A stretch of DNA of 41,541 nucleotides from Euprymna scolopes. Lineage: Eukaryota. Below, in pieces: positions 25,331 through 35,792 of the stretch; position 1 is the stretch's first letter, and each line of letters opens with the position of its first letter. Location of the stretch: NCBI GenBank assembly GCA_053919585.1, contig CM132808.1, one strand, 5' to 3'. Position numbers and translations under genes: made by a program. A model generated the notes under the pieces. The model worked only from the letters and a program-made list of their open reading frames with translations. It searched no databases and was not told the DNA's origin.

Positions 25331-25510
25331 GGTACTTATGCAGAATACGGACCGTGCTGAAATAATAACATTTAGAAATCCAATCTTAACATGGGGGGGG
25401 GGTAAATCTGTACTTTCACCTAACAATTTAATAAACAAAAGATACTGTAAAAATTGATTTTCAAGTTAAATTCATATTAAAATCAATAACTCGGTCCGTA
25501 TTCTGCATAA
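25331..25510. mobile_element. MITE family A variant
   Basis: Family-A core (GTGCTGAAATAATAACATT..CTTAACATGGGG..TGTACTTTCACCTAACAATT) with TIRs TTATGCAGAATACGGACCG / CGGTCCGTATTCTGCATAA. Confidence 0.82.
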
Positions 25511-26188
25511 AATCCAAACCAGATTTAAATGGCTGACTCTTCTTGCGGATAAAACTGAATGCATTTCGATATTTAATTTTCTGATTATTTAAAGTTTCAA
25601 ATGTTGCTTTACTGTAGTTTTTAAGAATTATTCGATTATTAAATTGAAATAAATCCACGTATGACTCTTAAAAAAATTTAAAAAATAAAAAAAACGCTTT
25701 AGGAATCTTAAGTAGGACGACCTCTCGAGTGAATGTGGTATTATGGTGATTGAAGATTTTAGCTAGAAAAATGTTAGAAAAATCTTGGTAGAGTGACAAA
25801 AGACCACCACCCACACATACTTTTGAATGACCTTGTGCCTAACTAGCAGTATCAGAATTTTTGTAGGAATTTTTGACACCCCTAACACGAAACTGCGAAT
25901 ACAATATAAAAATCTCGTAATTTCTGTTAAAAGTGGGTTATTTATTTTCTTTATGGATTATACTTCCAAAATAAACTATTACAGTTGTTTTAAAAGTAAT
26001 AGAAATTTTTTTTTTTTTTTAAACAGTAATGAATTTTCCGAACTCAATATTTTTCAATTTTTAAACTTTAAAAATCTATCAAAATTTTTCTATTGATTCT
26101 ATTTTTACGATATTTTCAGGGTCAATGTGAAATTTTATGTTCTTTCCAATAAACCGAATATAATATTTTAGACAAACGTTTTTTTTTA

Positions 26189-26716
26189 AATTCACGCCCC
26201 CCCCCCAAGTGTCACCCATTTTCAACTTTCTCTTAAAAAGTAAATAATTAATTTATGTCGAAGAGGTTTATATATCACAAATTGAAGAGAAAAGGTCAAT
26301 AAATATATTCAAATTTAAAACAAAAAAAAAAATCCCTTTAGAAATTTACCTGTAAAGTCCGAAGTTTAAAACCTTATTTTATAAGAACACATTGTCTTTT
26401 TTTTTTTAATGAAACCTTGGTCCTTGCTCCTTTAATTGAAAAAAAATTTAGGGCTTGAATTACATTTTTCGATGAGTTATAAGCTTGGAAAGACAGGGGG
26501 TCGAATAATTCACGCCTCTCATTTTGAAATGTCTATTAAAAAGTAAATAATTAATTTATGTCGGAGAGTTTTATATATCACAAATTGAAGAGAAAAGGTC
26601 AATAAATAATATATTCAAATTTAAAAAAAAAAAAAAAATCCCTTTAGAAATTTACCTGTAAAGTCCGAAGTTTAAAACCTTTTAAAAAAAAAAAAAAATA
26701 GGGCTTGAATTACATT
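26189..26716. repeat. Tandem duplication, period ~320 bp, with an internal deletion in the second copy
   Basis: TAAAAAGTAAATAATTAATTTATGTCG...CCTTTAGAAATTTACCTGTAAAGTCCGAAGTTTAAAACCTT...TAGGGCTTGAATTACATT occurs twice. Confidence 0.92.
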
Positions 26717-26816
26717 GCACTGCCTAACTTGTTTTGATAAATATAAACTTTTTTGGAAATTAATAAATTTTACAAAGTTACGTTGGTGCAGAAAATACAC
26801 ATGTATGAACTTTTAG

Positions 26817-27906
26817 GTGCTTTTTAAGATAGAGTCGACAAATCATTTTTTGTGGTCTTAAGCCAAAACAATATAACATACTTAACTGCCATGTCGAAAA
26901 TAGTAATATACACAAAAACTACGAAAATTAATAGAGTAACAGAGTTTTTTCAACATTTTTATTAGACTAAATGTACAACAATCGAGACCGCCAACGCCAA
27001 CCTTTCAAAACAAGATGGCGGCCTCGATTGTTGTGCATTTAGTCTAATAAAAATGTTGAAAAAATAAGAATTAAAATTTTTCGGGGTTTATTGCAGCAAA
27101 TGCGTTTTATATAAAAATATTTTTATAAATTTTTGTCTGTCAAATAATTTACGCTGCTGAAATACACAGTTGCCCTTTTGTTTTTCGTTCACTTTTCATT
27201 AAAGAAATTGTATAGTTTTTAAAAAGGTGCTTCTGCAGTTTAATATTTCACAAATTCTGTTTACATTAGGGGAGGCAGTGGAGGATCAGGGGGTGTTGTG
27301 GCGGCCTGATCCTTCACCGCCTGCCTCCCCTAATGTAACAAAATATCTTAATGTAAACGAAAACATACACCCACACACGGAGAAAAGTACAAAAAAAAAA
27401 AAAAAAAAAAAAAAAAGACCATATGCCGTTAAAAACAAAAGTATGAAAACAGTATTAAAGAAAAAATAAAATAAAATTTTGTTGAATGTCTCGATTAAAA
27501 AAAGAGAACAGAAATATGTCGAACTGGTTAGGAAAGAAAGAAAAAGGAAAATTAAATGTAAACGAATCTCTAAGTAAAAACAGACAGCGCCGGTTTTAGG
27601 GGATGCTGAAAACGAATATCACAGTTAAATTTGTTTTATGACATGAAGATATTACTAGGTGATCAAAAAGTGGGTGCTCTGCTCATTTTACGTTAAATTT
27701 ATATAAGAAAGTGATCCCCCACTTTTTGAAAAAGTAATTTCTTATAAAACTACTTATCTGCCTAAAATTTAAATGTGATATTCGTTTTCAATACAACCAA
27801 AAACCTATATAAGTCGTCATTTTAAAGTTTTTTGAAGAATTGGAAAGAAACTTGACATTGACCAAAAAAATCGATCTGCCGACTATATTTTTATTTTAAC
27901 AAGCAC
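26817..27906. mobile_element. MITE family B ends enclosing nested hairpins (26946-27064 and 27608-27792)
   Basis: GGTGCTTTTTAAGATAGAGTCGACAAATC..CATGTCGAAAATAGTAATATA at left and ATCGATCTGCCGACTAT..TTAACAAGCAC at right. Confidence 0.68.
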
Positions 27907-28984
27907 TAGGTTTTCTTTTTTTTTTTTTTTCTTATGGATATGGTTTGATATGAATATTAGAAATAATGCTGAAAGGTGATTGAAAACTTACCACAACCTC
28001 CAAGAACTCCAACACCTTTTGTAATTAATTTAAACCACCAAGAAATGCCATCATTCGTGTTGGTTTGTTGTGGGTTGGCCGTTTCGGTGTGAGTAGACAA
28101 AGGTAAAATAATGCTACTTCGATCCATCCTCCAAGAATTCGGTAGAAAATTATCTTTTTTAAAACTGAAAAATCTTTAAGATCGATTTAAAAAAATACTA
28201 AAATATATTTAATTTTTTTATTTTTATTTCTTCGTTAAAAGATGAAGATTTCTCCCGAGAAACGTAAAATTCCACGACGAGGAAGAAGTCGCGGTGAGGG
28301 CTGTAGCAGAGATGCTTTTCTTTGAGAGAGAAAAAAAAAAAAACACGATTATTTATAAAAATAAGAAAACCTCGATTAAACAGATTTGATTGTCTTGTGA
28401 TAAATCCGTCTTGTCCATTGGTGGACGACCGACATTAGTTTGCAAACAAAACAAAAACACGGAAGAAATATCCAAAATAAACACGAGGGATTGAAATCAC
28501 ACGAGGACGTCCATTACGTGGACGCCGACTACTGCTACTGTTGTTGACAGTTTAAAGAGTCGCCGGTGTTAAGCGAATATGTGTCCCCGTTAGAAATTTA
28601 CCCCCGGCAAAATGACAAGCTGAACAGGATAATATTTAAAGGTTGCGGTTAGAAAAGAAGATGAGAAAAAATCTGCAAATGATTTTACGTTGCTGTTGAA
28701 TTTTATCAAATATTACTAAATTAGGAATCTTTCCCATTTAAAATCTATTTATTATTATGTGAAATTGAAAAAAAAAACAAAAAAAAAAAACGCAATGAAA
28801 TGTGTTTAACAAGATGTGAATAAACATAAATAAAAAAAAAAAATGGCCACCGAATTTGACCTGATGTCGTGTTTAAAAAAACGAAACTCAAATTATTCCT
28901 CAGTTAATTTATTAATAATAATATACATCAATAATATTTAACACAAACAACATACAACCATATATATATATATAAATATATTTT

Positions 28985-31900
28985 ACATTTTCACCCCAAA
29001 CAAGGCAAATTGCCACTTTGGTGTAGGGGGCTACTATCAGGGGCAACAACTACTGGGGTACTATGTAGGGATTTGGGCAGCAAGGTGTCGGTTCACGTTA
29101 CCCTTGAACTTCTGCACGTCAGTACTGTTGGGGAAGCAGGGACCTGGAATGGAATTCCAGAGTCTAGCGGTTCTGGGGAAGAAACTATTGGAGTAAAAAG
29201 ATCTTTTACATCTAGGGATCTCTACAGTGTGGGGGTGGGATTTAGCAGCCTGTCGGGTTTGTCGAGGGTGCACACGTCGTGGGGGCACAAGTGATTGCAG
29301 TTCGTCAGAGCATTCACCACTAAAATACTTGTAGAAAAGGCAGAGGGATGCAACATTTCGTCGATGGGACAGAGGCTGAAGCTTAGATGCCAGTTCAGGG
29401 CCTATCAGGTTTGCGACTCTCTTTTGAACCTTGTCAAGGAGCGAGAGACTAGTAGCAGATGCACCAGCCCAGATGTGGCAGCAATACTCCATACATGGGC
29501 GAATGGTGGCCTTATAGAGGTACAGGATACTTTCGGGTGTTAGTAGTTTTCTAGCACGGTAGAGAGAGCCCACCTTTCTTGCAGCGGCCCTGGCAATGCC
29601 TTCAATGTAATTGTTCCAACTCATGTTTCCTGTGAACGTTAGGCCAAGGAGTTTGAAAGATGGACTCTCAGATAAAGAGTCGTTGGCCATTGCTATGGGT
29701 GGTAGAGAGGGTTTCTTGTAATTATTGAATGAAACTAGTTTAGTCTTGGCAGCATTGAACGCGACCAACCACTTTTGTCCCCATTCCACTACAGATTGGA
29801 GGTCTTCCTCTAGTGTTTCTGCCATTTCTTTAGAAATGTGTTCATTCGTCTTCCTGTCGTGCCTGCCATAGAGTGTAGTGTCATCAGCATATATACCCAT
29901 CTCAGAGGCAATGTTGTCGGGGAGGTCATTTATGAATATCAGGAACAATAGAGGTCCAAGGATAGAACCCTGGGGCACCCCCGTATTTATATCATATTGT
30001 TTAGATGTATGACCGTCGAGGACAACCTGGATTTTTCTCTTATCTAAGAAGGATTTAATTATGTTAAGTATTCTACCAGTGATACCGTATGATTTGATTT
30101 TCCTGAGGAGACCCTCATGCCATACCCTGTCAAAAGCTTTAGATATATATCTAGAGCTACCGCTCTGCCCTTCCCCGCGTTGTCCAGTGAATGGTATATA
30201 CGTTCAGAGATCACAGTTAGGATGTCTGCTGTGGAACGGGCTTGTCTAAATCCATATTGTTTGTCAGTCAGTAGTTTAGCATCTGTAAGATGATGGACTA
30301 GAGCATGGTTAATTATGGTCTCAAATATTTTGGAAAAAAGTGGGAGGAGGCTAATGGGGCGATAATTTGATGGGTCTGTCCTTTCGCCAGAATTCTTGAA
30401 TACTGGTACAACAGAAGCAGTTTTCCAACAGACCGAAAAGCAAGCTTCATTAAGGCATTTGTTGTAGAGTTTGGAGAGAACTGAAGCTACTTCGGCTGAG
30501 CACTTTTTTAATAGCACAGCTGGGATAAGATCGGGTCCACATGCTTTTGAGGTATCAAGGTTTTTTATGATAGCATGCACCTGAGCAGGGGTGGTTTTCA
30601 GATCGTCTAGTGTGGCGTCTGTCCGCATAGGAAAGTCAGGTAGGGGGTGGTTGGAAGGGTCCAGTGTGGAGTTTGAGGCAAACCGACTGGCAAGCATGTT
30701 AGCCTTGTCGGTTGCCGAGGAGACAACCTCGTGATTGTTGGTTAGTGGGGGAATTGTTGATTGCCCATTATTTACTATACTGTTGTAGATTTTCCAGAAG
30801 TCTCGAGTTCCTAGTTTTTGTGCTTCGATGCGCTTTTTAGTGGTTTCCGTAAATTCTCTCTTAACTGTCGCTATTTCTTTCTTAACGTTATTTCTAGCTT
30901 CTATATACTTCAGTCTGTTTGAACTGGACTTATGTCAGTTAAACCTACGGTATGCATGCTGCTTTTGAGCAATGGCAGTTGCACAAGTCGACGTAAACCA
31001 TTGGGGAGAGTGGGGCTTACTATAAAATTTCCGCATGGGAACATGCGCTTCGATTGCAGTTTTGAACCAGTCAGTGGTCTCGTTTGCACATTGTTCAGCA
31101 GGGAGAGAGAAAATATTTTTCCATGGAGCATCTCTAATTAGTTCCCTGATGGCTTCCCAGTCAGCCTTATTATAATATTTCGTTGTTTTGAGCACTGGCT
31201 CTTCAGTTTTGGGTCTAGAGTTTAGGGCGATTTCAACCATTATCACTGCATGATCAGCGTTCCCGAGTGGGCTGTGGGCCTTCGTTATGCAGTCATCGGG
31301 AACTGTGGTCAAAAACAGATCTAGAAGTGATGCGTGTTGTTCTTCCTGGTCAGGGAAACGGGTTGGAAACGTAACAATTTGTGATAGGGAGTGAGATATA
31401 TCGAAGCTATGGGTTGTGCTGCCCGCTGCATCTGTGTGAGTAGAGAATCCAAGCCAGTTTTTGTGGTGGACATTAAAGTCACCAAACACATGTATTTGTG
31501 CGCTAGTGTCGAGGGTCAGTGCCGTGTCTATGCTGTCAGATACTTTGTTTATTATGGAGCAGTCCTGAGTCGAGGGAGAGCGGTAGAGAAAATAATAGTA
31601 GCTAATATTGTGTTGCATGTTTAGTCTAAAGCACATAAAGGCTTGATCATCTGTTTCTAGGTCTGTTTCTCTAGTCAAGGGAAGGGTATTACGAATGTAA
31701 ACTCCAAGTCCGTGCATACGTCTGTCAGAGTCCTTACGGCAGAGTGGGAGATATCCAGGCATGTTAAAGTGGTTAGAGGGAATGGAGGAGTGTAGGTTAG
31801 TCTCACTTAGTGCTAAGATATCCGGGGTATTTGTTAAGAGAAATGCTTCAACATCAGCTAAGTTAGTTCTAAGCCCACGGATATTTGTGAATGAGACCCT

Positions 31901-32385
31901 CAAGGGAGGAGGCAAGTTGAATTTGTTTGTCCCTAATCCTGGTTTAAGCTTATTTTTAGATTGTACTGTCGTCATATTTTTTTTTTTAAGAGTTTCGGTA
32001 AGGGGGAGCTAAACAAGAGGTTATGCGGAGCTTCAGACATGCATCACAAGTAGACCATCAGCTGACCTTTCTCCAATTAGGATTGTGGCCTCAGGAAAGC
32101 CCACCGGGGATGAGTGCAGGGTCCCTTTCCATGCGCGTCATGGCACTACAAACAACCCGATATTATTCAACTGTTGATGGAGCAGCCGCTCTAAGCGCTA
32201 CCAAAGAGTTAGGGCACCTGTACTACCAGTCGGGAACAGCAGCCAGGAACTGTCAATCCGGTACCCTCAACCCTTTCGAAGAAGATCAACCCAATCTAAT
32301 CGCTCAGTCATATCTTATACTCCAGCACTCCCAAATGTTCAGTTTTAGGGGTGGGGCGTGCTGGGAATGGGGAAGAACGGATATC
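28985..32385 (-). mobile_element. Near full-length CR1/L2-group LINE (copy D): ~410-nt 5' leader, single EN-RT ORF, short 3' UTR
   Basis: APE motifs FTNIRGL, LALSETNL, GLGVY, LYRSPS, GDFNVH, LDLFLT, ADH. RT motifs NYRPISLL, QYGFR, PQGSILGPLLFLIFINDL, YADD. The 3' end runs into a (TA)-rich tract. The 5' limit is approximate. Confidence 0.97.
29061..31975 (-). pseudogene. LINE endonuclease-reverse transcriptase ORF (~970 codons) with two lesions
   Basis: In-frame TGA at 30935-30937; the same frame continues HKSSSNRLKY..DFWKIYN..KANMLASRF. A +2 TA slippage at ~30143-30150 turns ALDISKAFD into ALDIYLK. Confidence 0.93.
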
Positions 32386-32397
32386 ATATAAAGCTGA

Positions 32398-32398
<1 letters not shown>

Positions 32399-32454
<56 letters not shown>
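32399..32454. repeat. (TG)n microsatellite
   Basis: Directly visible. Confidence 0.98.
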
Positions 32455-32455
<1 letters not shown>

Positions 32456-32569
32456 TCACGAATAGGCTCCTATATGGTAGACTATTTAAAAAAACTGACC
32501 ACATATAATGATAGAAGATGTATCTAGACACAGGAATGGGTATGTATGATCTGGCAGAATGGTGATTCA

Positions 32570-32851
32570 TTAAAATTGTGGGGTCTGCCTTCGGGCCTGG
32601 CCACCATAGAATGGAAATAGGCACAAATTTTAATAAAGACTTTTCATATCTATCTGCGTAAGTATACTTTGATAATTATGTTTCAGTTTGAAGAAATATG
32701 GTATAATAAAATTATGGGGTGTTCGTTCGCGCCTGACCTTCATAGAATGGAAATATGTCACAAAGTTTAACAAGGTTTTTTAATATAGATCCACAGAATA
32801 TTGTGATAAGTGTTTCAATGTGAACAGGTATGGTATAATAAATTATGGGGT
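32570..32851. repeat. Diverged tandem repeat, ~133-bp period, just over 2 copies
   Basis: TAAAATT(G/A)TGGGGT occurs three times and CATAGAATGGAAATA twice at matching spacing. Confidence 0.85.
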
Positions 32852-32988
32852 TTATCTATTTTATTTTTACTTTCATCATATTTTGCTTTGGTTTTGATAC
32901 ACCCAAATTTACAACCCTTCCTTTTCATAACATATACTTTCATAAATCAGAGTCCATTTTCTGTAGGCTGTTTTTGAACCCAGTCAAC

Positions 32989-33149
32989 NNNNNNNNNNNN
33001 NNNNNNNNNNNNNNNNNNNNNNNNNNNNNNNNNNNNNNNNNNNNNNNNNNNNNNNNNNNNNNNNNNNNNNNNNNNNNNNNNNNNNNNNNNNNNNNNNNNN
33101 NNNNNNNNNNNNNNNNNNNNNNNNNNNNNNNNNNNNNNNNNNNNNNNNN
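32989..33149. other. Assembly gap (161 N)
   Basis: Run of n. Confidence 1.
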
Positions 33150-33696
33150 TTGTTATGTTTTTTATACTTGTTTTATTATTTGATATTTTCATTTTTCACA
33201 TTATTGAAATAATTTTTTGAAACAATTTTAACGCGTTTCGGACGATCTTGTTGTGTCTTTTTAAACGCCCTCGTCATAAATTTTGTAAAAATAGAAGCCA
33301 TTTTGAAGATAAACGATGTGTGTCTCTAAACGTTTTCAAAATTGAATGTGTTTTATCACTCCACTGGTTTTGCTGGAGGCAGTTCGAGGTCAGTAAGTGG
33401 TGTTAGAGGTCTTGCTTTCCATTTTTATTTTTATTTTTCTTCTTACTTGTGTGGCATGCATGCCTACTTTGTCTCATAAGTCCCTGTGTTCACGTTTGGG
33501 GGAGAGCGTGTGCGTGTGTGTTTTATTGTATGAACTCGTGAAATATCAGTTATCTTTCATAGTTTGAATAAGCTATGTTTAGTGTCTGTCTTTTGTTAGA
33601 GAATTGTTATTTAATATTGATTTTCAGATTTTAATTTCTTTCTATTGTGATCTTCGATTTAATCAGCTGAGATATCCATAATATTTTTTATTAGAA

Positions 33697-34258
33697 ATAA
33701 TTATAATTTACTTATTATAATTTACTAATTACAATTTAATAATTATAATTTACAAATTATAATTTAATAATTATAATTTGCTAATTATAATTTACTAATT
33801 ATAATTTAATAATTGTAATTTAATAATTATAATTTAATAATGATAATTTAATAATTATAATTTAATAATAATAATTTAATAACTATAATTTAATAATTAT
33901 TATTTAATAATAATAATTTAATAATTATAATTTGATACTTATAATTTAATAATTATTATTTAATAATAATAATAATTTTATAATAATAATTTAATAATTA
34001 TAATTTAATATTATTATTTAATAATAATAATTTAATAATAATAATTTAATAATTATAATTTAATACTTATAATTCATAATTATAATTTGATAATTATTAT
34101 TTAATACTTATAATTTAATAATTATAATTTAATAATTATAATTTAATAATTATTATTTAATAATAATAATGAAATAATAATAATTTAATACTTATAATTT
34201 AATACTTATAATTTAATAATTATAATTTAATAATTATAATTTTATTAAACTAATTATA
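33697..34258. repeat. Almost pure A/T 14-bp minisatellite (TAATAATTATAATT)n
   Basis: Directly visible, ~40 imperfect copies. Confidence 0.96.
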
Positions 34259-34649
34259 TGACTATTATTAATATTTTTGAAACTGTTATTCCCTTGTGAG
34301 GTTTTACTTTGAATTTTCTGGAATCGAAATTCAAATAAAAAAAGTGTAACAAATTTTTTGCACATATGGATTGACACAGGACAGCCAGTAAAAATTATAA
34401 TGTATAAAATCCTTGTATTTTCCAGCTAATCAAAAGCATCCCTTCTTAAAAATGAAATTATATTTTAGGAACCGCTCTGAATTTATTCACGACTATAAAA
34501 AGAGCTAGAAAATCCAAACTACTCAATGAGGCTACTCAAGCTATGATGCCTGTCAATTCAGTCTCTCCAGCATTCACAGCTGTTCTCACTTGCAACGTGT
34601 TGTAATCTCTCTGAAAAAATGATCACCATCTCACTGAACCGTATAATAA

Positions 34650-35131
34650 TAATCCAAATTAACTTCCTGTGGCAATATACTTGTTGTACCATTCCAACAA
34701 CTTCTGGAAGTCCCATAGAAGTCCTCTTGTGTGAGCGTGTTAATGATCCTCATCACAGCCTCTTCCATCTCCTCAATTGTCCTATAATGATAGCTTCTAA
34801 GGTTTTCCTGGAGGTTAGGGAATAGGCAAAAGTCACAGGGGGCAAGGTCTGGACTATAGGGAGGGTGAGGAACTGTCTTGATGCTCATCTTGGTCAAATA
34901 GTCTGTGACTTTCTCTATTCACCCTTGGGACACATTTTGTGCAAATCTTCCGCATCTTCAGTTCCTTGCAATAATTGTGTATACAATTCCCACACTGATA
35001 TCAAACTGTGTACTTGTTGTCTCTATAGACACACAGTAGTCCTTATCCATAAAATTCTCTATTTGGCCAATCTGCAACAAATTAAAATGCCTGTACAAAA
35101 ACGTCTAGAAAATTATTGAAAGCATCTCATA
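34650..35131 (-). mobile_element. Internally deleted mariner (Tc1/mariner superfamily) transposon relic
   Basis: VPHPPYSPDLAPCDFCLFP, the mariner YSPDLAPxD signature (ORF 34631-34897). Upstream helix-turn-helix remnant FDISVGIVYTII. Frameshifts present. Confidence 0.93.
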
Positions 35132-35224
35132 TCTTTCTCTCTTTCTGTCTCTAACAAACTCATCGTTCTTTGAAACAGATTCTTCTGCTACAAACCGTTT
35201 TAATATGTAAGCCACACTCATAAT

Positions 35225-35405
35225 TAGGGCTATGACAACAGCATATTCTTTTCATTGTTTTGACTCTCGAGTGTGTATCTGTTGATATCTTATATGCTTT
35301 TATATAGAGTGATGTGGTTCTCGGTTGATTAACTGTGTCTAATTGTATAGGATATACACTTGAGAGTCAAAAGAATGATAAAAATATGCTGTTGTCATAG
35401 ACCTA
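35225..35405. mobile_element. Small palindromic MITE with ~55-bp arms
   Basis: CTATGACAACAGCATATT..TTTTGACTCTCGAGTGT / ACACTTGAGAGTCAAAA..AATATGCTGTTGTCATAG. Confidence 0.85.
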
Positions 35406-35792
35406 CTCATGCTACTCACACTCTGGCATATTACATGCACAACTACAAAATCTAACACACTATTCAACAAAAAACAAAAAATAAGAAGAAATGCTCACTT
35501 ACAATTTCTTTCCCACACATGTAAAGCAATACAAAGTGTAAAAGATAGACACAAACTGAAGTAAATTAAGGTACATAACGGTAGTCAAAGTATGCATGCT
35601 TGAAAGTTAAACACATGACTGATGAAGGGAGAATTCCCGAAATATTACAATATAAATCTTCCATCTAACCATGCAGATGCAAGTAAGAACACAGTAGGTG
35701 TGATGACATGGGCCAATAACAAAAGAAGAAAACTTGTTTGTAAAAGAATAAGTGATTCTATATTGGAGAAATACGTGTCTTCGCCAACAGTA

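Noticed and set aside
29010-32391. Plus-strand ORFs overlapping the LINE (and similar antisense ORFs at 4734-5042 and 20094-20554)
   Set aside because: Antisense shadows of the LINE coding strand.
32845-33192. ORFs spanning the N run
   Set aside because: Artefact of the assembly gap.
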